From the NCBI GenBank assembly GCA_039810005.1, contig JBDHWD010000003.1, positions 3,078 through 67,077 on the forward strand: a DNA stretch of 64,000 nucleotides, written 5' to 3'. The notes beneath the pieces were generated by a model. That model had not been told where the DNA came from and made no database searches. It saw nothing but the letters and a program-made list of their open reading frames with translations. How positions within the stretch are numbered: position 1 is the stretch's first letter; every line of letters begins with the position of its first letter. Both the position numbers and the translations under genes were made by a program. The DNA comes from Thermomicrobiales bacterium (GTDB lineage Bacteria > Chloroflexota > Chloroflexia > Thermomicrobiales > CFX8). Shown here piece after piece: positions 35,274 to 43,308 of the stretch.

Positions 35274-35999
35274 GTGGAGCTTGACTTCATTACGAAGGTT
35301 CTGTCGATCATCGCGATCGACCTCGTCCTGAGCGGCGACAACGCGGTAGTGATCGCAATGGCGTCGCGCCGACTCCCGGCGGAGCAGCGCAAGAAGGCGA
35401 TCATCCTCGGTGGTGGCGGTGCGGTCGTACTCCGCATCCTGTTCACAATCGGCGCGGCACTGCTGCTCGGCGTTCCGCTGCTCCAGGCCATCGGCGGTTT
35501 GCTGCTGGTCTACATCGCGATCAAGCTGGTCAAGCCCAGCGGCGGCGAGCACGCGGACATCCAGGCATCCGACTCACTCACTGCTGCTGTCCGCACGATC
35601 ATCCTGGCGGACGTCGTGATGAGCCTCGACAACATGCTCGCCGTTGGCGGCGCGGCGCACGGGCACATCGGCCTGCTGATCTTCGGCCTGATGCTGTCGA
35701 TCCCGATCCTGCTGTTCGGCAGCAGCTTCATCGCCCGCATGATCGATCGCTATCCGTGGCTGAACCTGGTCGGCGCAGCGATCCTGGTCCACACCGCAAT
35801 GGAGATGTTCTTCAAGGACAAGTACGTCCGCGACATCGTGCACATGGATCGGCCGCTGGAGCTCGGCGTCATCCTGCTGATCGTGCTGGCAGTCGTCGCC
35901 CTCGGCTGGCACTGGAACAAGCGCGCCGAAGAGGCAGCGCGTTCGATGCAGGCAACCCAGCATCATCGCTCGGTTGATGCAACCGAGTCAGGTAGCTAA
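35274..35999 (+). CDS. TerC/YjbE-family integral membrane protein
   Basis: GTG start. Duplicated signature DLVLSGDNAVVIA and DVVMSLDNMLAV. Confidence 0.85.
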   Translation: MELDFITKVLSIIAIDLVLSGDNAVVIAMASRRLPAEQRKKAIILGGGGAVVLRILFTIGAALLLGVPLLQAIGGLLLVYIAIKLVKPSGGEHADIQASDSLTAAVRTIILADVVMSLDNMLAVGGAAHGHIGLLIFGLMLSIPILLFGSSFIARMIDRYPWLNLVGAAILVHTAMEMFFKDKYVRDIVHMDRPLELGVILLIVLAVVALGWHWNKRAEEAARSMQATQHHRSVDATESGS

Positions 36000-36002
36000 T
36001 CG

Positions 36003-36449
36003 ATGGCTGGCGATCCACTCGCAGCGCTGCGCACCTGGTTTGACCACTGGGGCAGCCTCGTTGCAGCACGCGACTTTGAGGCGGCACGGCCCCTGTTCTC
36101 CTCAGAGGTTATCGGTTTCGGGACGCACATGCGGATCGTTCACGGCCTCAGCGCGCTGGAACGCGACCAGTGGCGTAACGTCTGGCCAACGATCTCGGAC
36201 TTCACCTTCCTGACTGCTGAGCTGGAAGGCGGCATTTCAACCGATGGCTTGCAAGCCTGGGCGATCGTGCCGTGGACGTCTACCGGCTTCTCCGAAGACG
36301 GCACGCCGTTTGAGCGCCCGGGACGTGCGACGGCGATTTTCACGCGCAATGAGCCAGACGCCGACTGGCGCGCCATCCACACGCACTTCTCGCTGGTACC
36401 GGGAACGCCGCACCGCTCGTGGGGACCACCGGACGATCCTAGGCGTTAA
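36003..36449 (+). CDS. NTF2-fold protein (SnoaL-like / DUF4440)
   Basis: Size (148 aa) and N-terminal pattern LAALRTWFDHWGSLVAARDFEAARPLFSSEV are typical of DUF4440/SnoaL-like proteins. Call from memory of the family. Confidence 0.5.
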   Translation: MAGDPLAALRTWFDHWGSLVAARDFEAARPLFSSEVIGFGTHMRIVHGLSALERDQWRNVWPTISDFTFLTAELEGGISTDGLQAWAIVPWTSTGFSEDGTPFERPGRATAIFTRNEPDADWRAIHTHFSLVPGTPHRSWGPPDDPRR

Positions 36450-36654
36450 TACCGCAACTCTGGCCGGACGACTGGCTCCAGCGCAGAAGCTCCTCGTGCT
36501 CGTCCTCGTCAAGAGTGAACATCGTCCCGCACTCCGGGCAGGTCACAACCCAGGTGCAATCGCCGCGCATTTCGCAGAGCTCGGCGACATCGCCATAAAT
36601 CCCCTTGGAACAGAGATGATCTCTCACGCGATCGACGCTTGACGCAATCGACAT
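36439..36654 (-). CDS. Small Cys-rich protein (71 aa), zinc-ribbon-like, function unknown
   Basis: ORF track 36439..36675. ATG 36654 follows GAGGGGG. Six Cys including CPEC. Preceded by a promoter-like TTGCCA-17-TACACT and a CGTGA-N6-TCACG palindrome. Confidence 0.45.
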   Translation of the reverse strand: MSIASSVDRVRDHLCSKGIYGDVAELCEMRGDCTWVVTCPECGTMFTLDEDEHEELLRWSQSSGQSCGINA

Positions 36655-36691
36655 ATGCACCCCCTCGCTCAACATGCATCTGCGTCATTCG

Positions 36692-36739
36692 AGTGTAGTC
36701 ATGTCGTTGCATGCTGGCAACATCGTGAATCTCGTCACG
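36692..36739 (-). promoter_or_regulatory. Near-consensus CRP-type palindrome CGTGA-N6-TCACG plus promoter TTGCCA-17-TACACT
   Basis: Plus strand 36724-36739 = CGTGAatctcgTCACG. On the minus strand it is followed after 3 nt by TTGCCA (36720-36715), a 17-nt spacer, and TACACT (36697-36692). Confidence 0.35.
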
Positions 36740-36927
36740 CAAATCATCGTGAGACAGCGCAATGCATCACGCATGTGGGAGCCGTAGGCCGACGCTCTCT
36801 CGCGGCCCCGCAGCTCCGCAGGACAGCGAGGCAGCCGCACATCGATTCGTACGGATGGCTTGGCCTACTTAGTCCTATCCATAACACTGCACACCATTGC
36901 TTGGAGGCTACCGGACCTTCGTTTTGC

Positions 36928-37659
36928 TCAATGGCGGAGCGCGGCGACGCGGGCGATCACGCCTTCGTGGGCGCGGCGCTCGAGCGTGCTGTCGAGGTCG
37001 GCGAGAGCAACGTCGCCGTAGCGGCGCTCCAGCGCGCGCTCGATCAACCAGTCGGCCAAATGCGGGTTCTTCGGCAACAGCGCGCCGTGCAGGTAGCAGC
37101 CGACGACGTTGCGATAGCGCGCGCCCTCGGTGCCGTCCTGGCCGTTGTTACCACGACCAACGCGGACGCGGCCGAGTGGCTTGACGCCTGCGCCGAGGTG
37201 CGTCTTGCCGGAGTGGTTCTCGAAGCCGACGAGCGTGCCAAACTCTTCCGAATCGACGACGACATTGCCGATGAAGCGCTCGTGCCCGGCTTCGCTCGTG
37301 ACGTCGATCGCGCCAATACCGGGGAGATCGTCACCCTCGTGTGGGTGGTACGAGTGGCCAAGCAGCTGATAGCCGCCGCAGACCGCAAGGACGGGCGCAC
37401 CGTCCTCGATCGCCGTCTTCAGGACGCGGCCCTTTTCGCCCTGCACATCACGCGAGACAGCGATCTGCTCACGATCCTGACCGCCGCCCCAGAAGTAGAG
37501 GTCGATGCCATCAATGTCGATCGGATCACCGAGGCCGATGGTCACGACGGACGCTTCCAGTCCGCGCCACTCAGCGCGACGGGCCAGCGCCATGACGTTG
37601 CCACGATCGCCGTAGATGTTCATCTCGTGTCCGTAGAGCCAGCCGATTCGCAACTGCAT
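36928..37659 (-). CDS. gatD: Lipid II isoglutaminyl synthase, glutaminase subunit GatD
   Basis: MQLRIGWLYGHEMNIYGDRGN ... LAVCGGYQLLG (nucleophile Cys) ... HSGKT. Lies immediately downstream of murT. Confidence 0.85.
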   Translation of the reverse strand: MQLRIGWLYGHEMNIYGDRGNVMALARRAEWRGLEASVVTIGLGDPIDIDGIDLYFWGGGQDREQIAVSRDVQGEKGRVLKTAIEDGAPVLAVCGGYQLLGHSYHPHEGDDLPGIGAIDVTSEAGHERFIGNVVVDSEEFGTLVGFENHSGKTHLGAGVKPLGRVRVGRGNNGQDGTEGARYRNVVGCYLHGALLPKNPHLADWLIERALERRYGDVALADLDSTLERRAHEGVIARVAALRH

Positions 37660-37681
37660 GGATGATGCTCCACTCGCGAGG

Positions 37682-39115
37682 CTATTGTGCCCAGAATTCT
37701 TCGACGATACCGCGGTCGGCCAGCGCCTGCCGCAGTTGCAGCAGGGCGGTGTAGGTCAGCAGCATGAAGACGTCGCTCCCCTCAGGGGTGGAATCGATGA
37801 CCTCGTCCAGCACCTCGCCAAGCGGCCGTCCGCAAGTCGCGTCGTTGATGCGCTCCGCTGCGACACCGGCGTACTTCAGGCGCACGGCCAGATCGTGCCC
37901 GCGCAGGCCGGCGGCGATGAATCGCGCAGCAACGTGCTGCGGTTCGGCCAGCACCTCGAAATCGACATCCCAAAGCCAGGACACGTCGCGGCCATCGGCG
38001 TCAAGGTCGTTGATCGCGATAACGAGCGGCATCGCGAGTGGCTCGCCAGTGATCATTCGCAGGATCTCGTTGAAGCCGACCGGGTTCTTCGACAGCGCCA
38101 ACGTCAGCGATCGGCCGCGGTAGGTCACGCGCTCCAGCCGCCCGAAGGCAGCCTCGAACGATGCCAGCGCGCGCCGGATTGGCGCAATCTCCAGACCGAG
38201 CACGCGTGCTGCGGCCGTTGCGGCCAGCGCATTGTAGGCGTTGTACAGACCGGGCAGTGCCACATCGATGTCAAGCGCCGTCGTCGGCTCTGCGCCGCGC
38301 CGATCCTCGATGTCCATCGTCAGACCGCGCATACCGTCGAGACGGATCGACGCGGCCGCGATCTGCAGCTCCGGTCGCGCTGCCCCACACACCGAGCAGT
38401 ACCACTCGCCGAGATGCGAAAGGAAGAGCGCACGATATTGCAGTGGCGACTCGCAGTTGCGACAGGCCGCAGCGTCAGACGCATGCGGCAACGCCGAAAG
38501 CGTTCCTGGCGCCTCGGTCAGCCCGAACGTCACCACCGTTGCAGGCGATTCGGCGGCCAGCGCCGCGAGTGTCGGGTCGTCGGCGTTGACGACGAGCGTC
38601 GTCGATGAGTCGAGCGTACGCAGCGCTTCGCGCCAGCGCGACGCGATTGTCTCCAGCTCGCCATAGCGATCGAGCTGGTCGCGGAACAGGTTCAGCAGGA
38701 CGACAACGCGCGGACTCGTGCGCCGCAGAATCTCCGGCAGAGCGTTCTCGTCGCTCTCAATCACGCCGATCTCCGGGCCGCTCTTGCCGAGCGTCGGCAT
38801 CTGTTCGGCGAGCGCGGCCGATATACCACGCACCAGATTCGAGCCGGAGCGATTGTGCGCCACGCGGTGTCCGGATTCGGCGAGCATCCCGGCCAGCATG
38901 CGGCTGGTCGTCGTCTTGCCGTTTGTGCCGGCTACGACGACCGCGCCAAGCGGCAGGCGCTGGGCCAGCTTGTCGAGCATCCGCGGATCGAGATAGCCCG
39001 CGACAAGGCCCGGTAATGCGGTGCCGCCCCCACGACCGAGCCGCCGGATGCCAGTCGTCAACGCCTTGCTCGTCGTGACTGCCAGCAGCAGCCGTGGATC
39101 GATCGTGCGTGTCAT
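37682..39115 (-). CDS. murT: Lipid II isoglutaminyl synthase, Mur-ligase-like subunit MurT
   Basis: GTNGKTTT P-loop, Cys4 ribbon CRNCESPLQY...WYCSVCG, C-terminal DUF1727-like region. ATG 39115 overlaps the mreC stop as ATGA (39112-39115). Confidence 0.85.
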   Translation of the reverse strand: MTRTIDPRLLLAVTTSKALTTGIRRLGRGGGTALPGLVAGYLDPRMLDKLAQRLPLGAVVVAGTNGKTTTSRMLAGMLAESGHRVAHNRSGSNLVRGISAALAEQMPTLGKSGPEIGVIESDENALPEILRRTSPRVVVLLNLFRDQLDRYGELETIASRWREALRTLDSSTTLVVNADDPTLAALAAESPATVVTFGLTEAPGTLSALPHASDAAACRNCESPLQYRALFLSHLGEWYCSVCGAARPELQIAAASIRLDGMRGLTMDIEDRRGAEPTTALDIDVALPGLYNAYNALAATAAARVLGLEIAPIRRALASFEAAFGRLERVTYRGRSLTLALSKNPVGFNEILRMITGEPLAMPLVIAINDLDADGRDVSWLWDVDFEVLAEPQHVAARFIAAGLRGHDLAVRLKYAGVAAERINDATCGRPLGEVLDEVIDSTPEGSDVFMLLTYTALLQLRQALADRGIVEEFWAQ

Positions 39116-39966
39116 GGGCTGGGTGTCGCCTGTTCCTGTGGTTGGCCGGGTGTGGTGCCGGTAATGACTGTTACCGATTCAAGGTTATCGAAGTTGACCA
39201 GCGGGAGGATCTCAACGACCGTCTCGTTCTTCGCCTGATCCTTTTTGATCTCCATCACCTTCCCGACGACGAGCCCTTCCGGAATTCCGGCCGACTTGCC
39301 GGAGGTGACAACGACCTCGCGGTCGTCAATGTTGACATCGTAGGGAATGTGACGCATTTCGACACGCCCGCCCTCCTGCCAGAGGCCATAGACGATGCCT
39401 TCGGCACGCGCCATCTGCAGTCGGCCGCCCGTCTGGAAGCCGGAGTCGATAATGAGCAGCACCTTGGCGCGATGTGCCTCGACCTCGGTGATCTGACCAA
39501 CCAGGAAGTTCGGGCTGACGACAGCCATGCCGAGCTGCAGCCCATCATCCGAGCCACGATTGATGATGACGAATTTCTCGCGGCTCTCCGGGTCGCGACT
39601 GATGACCTCGGCGGTGACGTACGTGAGGTCCGGACGAGATTCCTGGAAGTTGAGCTGCTGACGCAGGTTCTCGACCTCGCTGGACAGCTCCTTGAGCTTG
39701 GCATTTTCAGCCAGCAATGCATCGCGTTCGGCCGTCACCTCATCGAGCTGCTGGCGCAGCGATGGGTCGCCGCCTGGCTTATCGCTGCCAATCCCCATGC
39801 CGAGCGATGTCAGCGCGCTGCTCACAGGCGAGACAACGGCATCAGCGACGCGCTTGGGCGCATTGAGCCAGCCGCGCGTGTCGGCGAACATCAGGAGTAG
39901 CGCAGCGACAACAACCGCAGCGATGACCGCCAGGTTGCGTCGTGCTGTGGCCGACATGGAAAACAC
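39112..39966 (-). CDS. mreC: Rod shape-determining protein MreC
   Basis: N-terminal TM (LAVIAAVVVAALLLMF), coiled-coil LRQQLDEVTAERDALLAENAKLKEL, and beta-barrel region VISRDPES...GQITEV. Follows mreB by 6 nt. Start is GTG 39966 or ATG 39957. Confidence 0.85.
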   Translation of the reverse strand: MFSMSATARRNLAVIAAVVVAALLLMFADTRGWLNAPKRVADAVVSPVSSALTSLGMGIGSDKPGGDPSLRQQLDEVTAERDALLAENAKLKELSSEVENLRQQLNFQESRPDLTYVTAEVISRDPESREKFVIINRGSDDGLQLGMAVVSPNFLVGQITEVEAHRAKVLLIIDSGFQTGGRLQMARAEGIVYGLWQEGGRVEMRHIPYDVNIDDREVVVTSGKSAGIPEGLVVGKVMEIKKDQAKNETVVEILPLVNFDNLESVTVITGTTPGQPQEQATPSP

Positions 39967-39972
39967 CCGAAC

Positions 39973-41031
39973 TCAGACCCCGCGTCGGAGTTCCTGGCCG
40001 CTGGCAAGCGCCCTGGAATACAGATGCAACGCCTCAGCAACGCGACCGGTGCCGCGCGCCACGCAGGTCAATGGGTCTTCGGCGCGACGCACCGGCATAC
40101 GCAGCTCGGATTGCAAGCGCCGATCGAGCCCCAGCAGCAGCGCGCCACCACCACCGAGGATGATGCCCTGCTCCATGATATCGGCAACGAGCTCGGGCGG
40201 CGTCTCTTCAACACACGTCTTCACCGTATCGACGATCATGTTGACCGGACCGCTGATGGCATCGCGGATCTCAACGCTGGAGACCTCGACCGATTTCGGC
40301 AGGCCGGTCAGCAGGTCGCGACCGCGCAGCGTCACGCGGCGCTCTTCCTCCAGCGGATAGGCCGAGCCGGCTGCGATCTTCGCGTTCTCCGCCGTCCGCT
40401 CCCCGATAACCAGGTTATGGTCGCGGCGGGCGTACTGGATGATCGCTTCGTCGATCTCGTCCCCGGCGACGCGGAGCGAATGATTGACGACGATGCCGCC
40501 GAGCGAGACGACGGCCACCTCGGTCGTGCCGCCGCCGATATCCACGATCATGCTGCCGACCGGCTCGTTGATCGGCAACCCTGCTCCGATCGCTGCCGCC
40601 ATTGGCTCCTCGATCGTGTACGCCTCGCGCGCACCGGCCGAGAGTGCCGCGTCCTTCGCTGCGCGCTTCTCAACTTCGGTGACGCCGGATGGGATGCCGA
40701 TCACAACCCGCGGGTGCGGGGCCATGATGCGCTGAACGTGAACCTTCTCGATGAAGTAATGCAACATCAGCTCGACCGTGTCGAAGTCGGCGATGACGCC
40801 ATCCTTCAACGGACGCACGGCGACGATCGCCTCAGGCGTCTTGCCGACCATCGCCTTCGCTTCAACGCCAACGGCGAGCGCGCGCTTCGATTTGGTATCG
40901 ACAGCGACGACCGAGGGCTCGGAGATGACAATCCCCTTCCCGCGGACATACACAAGCGTATTTGCGGTCCCGAGGTCGATCCCCAGATCCCGACTGAAGA
41001 GGCCAAAGAAATAGTTCAGGGGCCGGATCAT
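39973..41031 (-). CDS. mreB: Rod shape-determining actin homologue MreB
   Basis: FSRDLGIDLGTANTLVYVRGKGIVISEPSVVA, DIGGGTTEVAV, GIILGGGGALL. Confidence 0.95.
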   Translation of the reverse strand: MIRPLNYFFGLFSRDLGIDLGTANTLVYVRGKGIVISEPSVVAVDTKSKRALAVGVEAKAMVGKTPEAIVAVRPLKDGVIADFDTVELMLHYFIEKVHVQRIMAPHPRVVIGIPSGVTEVEKRAAKDAALSAGAREAYTIEEPMAAAIGAGLPINEPVGSMIVDIGGGTTEVAVVSLGGIVVNHSLRVAGDEIDEAIIQYARRDHNLVIGERTAENAKIAAGSAYPLEEERRVTLRGRDLLTGLPKSVEVSSVEIRDAISGPVNMIVDTVKTCVEETPPELVADIMEQGIILGGGGALLLGLDRRLQSELRMPVRRAEDPLTCVARGTGRVAEALHLYSRALASGQELRRGV

Positions 41032-41078
41032 CGTGCGGAAACCTCAGAATGAGCGCCGTATGAAGGCAAGGTCGGCAT

Positions 41079-41101
41079 CAAAAAATCCGCGTCAGATCGC
41101 G
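41079..41101 (-). terminator. Short hairpin with U-tract (minus strand) about 50 nt upstream of mreB
   Basis: Minus strand: ttttCCGCG atctga CGCGG aTTTTTTga. Confidence 0.45.
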
Positions 41102-41174
41102 GAAAACAGGTACCGTCCATATGGAAGGCACCGCAGAAGTCTATCACGCGATATTCAGGCGACACGCGGGAATC

Positions 41175-41213
41175 GGCACGAGCGAGACGGCTGTTGCCGA
41201 TCCCGCTCGTGCC
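41175..41213 (-). terminator. Perfect 10-bp outer stem hairpin just after the M23 gene stop
   Basis: GGCACGAGCG ... (inner CGGC tgtt GCCG) ... CGCTCGTGCC, 21 nt downstream of the stop at 41234. No U-tract. Confidence 0.4.
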
Positions 41214-41233
41214 CCCTCCCAGATACCCCGGCG

Positions 41234-42931
41234 TTATGGCAGATATTGAAGCGGGTTCTCGTAAATGCTGTTGTGCAGCACGACGAAGTGGAGATGCGGG
41301 CCGGTCGACTTGCCGGTTGAGCCCATGCTCCCGAGCCACTGGCCCTGGCTGACTCGATCGCCAGCCTTGACCGCCGGCGGCTCGACCATGTGGCCGTACC
41401 AGGTCACGTAACCGTTCTCGTGGTCAATCGCCACCGCGTAACCCAGCCCGAACTCGTTCCAGCCGGAGAAGGTCACCACTCCACCGTCGGCGGCGACGAT
41501 CGGCGTCCAGGCGACGTTGGCGATGTCGAGGCCATTGTGTCCGCCGCCAAACTGGGTGGTGATGGTTCCATTGGCCGGCCACACGAACGTCCCCGTCGCC
41601 TCGCCCGAGCCGCTGGCCTCGGCAGTGCCCGCGAACGGATCCTCGGCAGGGCCAGCCTCGACGCCACCCTTGCCGCCGGCAGCGTTGGAAAGATCGACCG
41701 TCGGGATCAGAATCTGCTGTCCCGGCTGAAGCGCCTGTCCGGCCGACAGGTTGTTGAACGGGAAGTTGATGATCACGTCCGGCGCGACATTGTAGGCCGC
41801 GGCGATTGTCTCAACGCTCTCGCCCGGCTGAACCGTGTAAAGAATGCCGTCGGCCGGTGGGATCACAAGCACCTGGTCCGGGTAGATCAGGTAGTCATCC
41901 GGCAGATCGTTCGCGACCGCGATCGTGACAGGATTCAGTCCGTAAAAGCTTGCGATCTTCCAGAGATCGTCGCCCTGTGCGACGGTGTAGTGCGCGATCG
42001 TCGGGCGGCTCACCGGCCGAGCGTTGTAGATCGTGATGGTCGCGCCGGGCCGCAGGTCGGCGTCGGACGTCACGCCGTTCTGGATGACGCCGGTGATGGC
42101 TGTCGGATCGACGCCGAACTGAGCCGCGACCGACTCCAGGGTGTCGCCATCCTGAACCGTGTAGGTGACGCCATCGACGACTGGCACCTCAACGGTCGTG
42201 CCGCCTTCGAGCGGCGCAGTCGGATCGTCGATGTCCGGGTTCGCCCAGACAAGCGTCGAAACACTCAGGCCCCACGTCTGTGCGACATCGGCGAGCGATT
42301 CACCATCGCTAACCGTCTGCGAGACGACCGGCGCCTGCGTGCCGTTGGAACCAGTTGACGTCGTGCCGGTCTCACTCCCGGCGACTTCGCCTTCGCCGGC
42401 GGTGGCGGTCGTTTCGGACGTTGAGCCACTGTTCGCCTCGCCGGTCGATCCAGCGATCGCGGAGCCACCGGTCGGGCTAGCTGCAGCGCCTCCCGCGCCC
42501 GGCCGCTGCGTCGCTGAGCCGTTGGTCTCGTTGGTTGCGATGGCTGAGATGCCGGCCGTGCCGGTGGCCGCCGGGTTCTCTCCATCGCCGCCGAGCAGCT
42601 GCCAGGCAGCAAACGCCGTCACTGCTACCAGCAGAAGTGCGACCGGCGCAAGCTTCATCCAGTTCGGCGTGGTGGAGAACACCTCTTCGAGGGTCGCACC
42701 CGGTCGTGCTTCGTCAGCGGCAAGCGCCGCGACCGCCGCCCGCTCTGCGCCGCCAGGAAATGGCAGCGGGAAGTCGCGTGACTCCGGCGACCACTCGAAC
42801 TGCGGGATGAACGGCGTCAATGTCGTCGCGCCGGCCAAGCCACTCGAACGTGGTCGGCCAGTCCCGCTATTCGGATCTCGCGATCCCCAGTCTCGTAGAT
42901 CCACTCGACCACTCCATCCCCAGAGCATCAA
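41234..42931 (-). CDS. LysM-repeat M23-family peptidoglycan endopeptidase
   Basis: TM (LAPVALLLVAVTAFAAWQLL), low-complexity linker, four LysM-like repeats (e.g. YTVQDGDTLESVAAQFGV, YTVAQGDDLWKIASFYGL, YTVQPGESVETIAAAYNV). M23 core GLDIA ... GYAVAIDHENGYVTWYGHM ... GSTGKSTGPHLHF. Confidence 0.85.
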   Translation of the reverse strand: MMLWGWSGRVDLRDWGSRDPNSGTGRPRSSGLAGATTLTPFIPQFEWSPESRDFPLPFPGGAERAAVAALAADEARPGATLEEVFSTTPNWMKLAPVALLLVAVTAFAAWQLLGGDGENPAATGTAGISAIATNETNGSATQRPGAGGAAASPTGGSAIAGSTGEANSGSTSETTATAGEGEVAGSETGTTSTGSNGTQAPVVSQTVSDGESLADVAQTWGLSVSTLVWANPDIDDPTAPLEGGTTVEVPVVDGVTYTVQDGDTLESVAAQFGVDPTAITGVIQNGVTSDADLRPGATITIYNARPVSRPTIAHYTVAQGDDLWKIASFYGLNPVTIAVANDLPDDYLIYPDQVLVIPPADGILYTVQPGESVETIAAAYNVAPDVIINFPFNNLSAGQALQPGQQILIPTVDLSNAAGGKGGVEAGPAEDPFAGTAEASGSGEATGTFVWPANGTITTQFGGGHNGLDIANVAWTPIVAADGGVVTFSGWNEFGLGYAVAIDHENGYVTWYGHMVEPPAVKAGDRVSQGQWLGSMGSTGKSTGPHLHFVVLHNSIYENPLQYLP

Positions 42932-43028
42932 CCCGATCTGCTGGCGTTCGGGGCGACGTCTCCGTACGGATCTGCATCAGAATTGGCGTCGTCTTCACGC
43001 TCCATAGGGTGTACGGACACCCACCACG

Positions 43029-43057
43029 AGGATAACACCACGCATGCGCATGGTCAA
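43029..43057 (-). promoter_or_regulatory. Sigma-70-like promoter for the LysM/M23 gene
   Basis: Minus strand TTGACC (43057-43052), 17-nt spacer, TATCCT (43034-43029), about 100 nt upstream of the start at 42931. Confidence 0.4.
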
Positions 43058-43230
43058 TTTTTCCACGGTGTCACAGGTCGGGGTGCATCGCGCTCGCAGA
43101 ATGCTGATGCAGACGGGTCTCGCGTCGTTAACACGTCGTACAGCACCGACTTCGTGTCACAGTCCTCCCGACGGATACCGTATTCCGCTGATAATACGGT
43201 GACTGTCAACACATCCCGCGTCAGAACTGC

Positions 43231-43270
43231 AGAAAACGGCAAGCGGCGTGCCGGGTCGCACACCGCTTGC
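43231..43270 (-). terminator. Rho-independent terminator of the binding-protein gene
   Basis: Minus strand GCAAGCGGtGTGC gacccg GCACgCCGCTTGC followed by CGTTTTCT. Located 39 nt after the stop at 43309. Confidence 0.65.
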
Positions 43271-43308
43271 GGAGTTCCGAGAATCAATGTCTGTCCGGCC
43301 GCCGAGGG

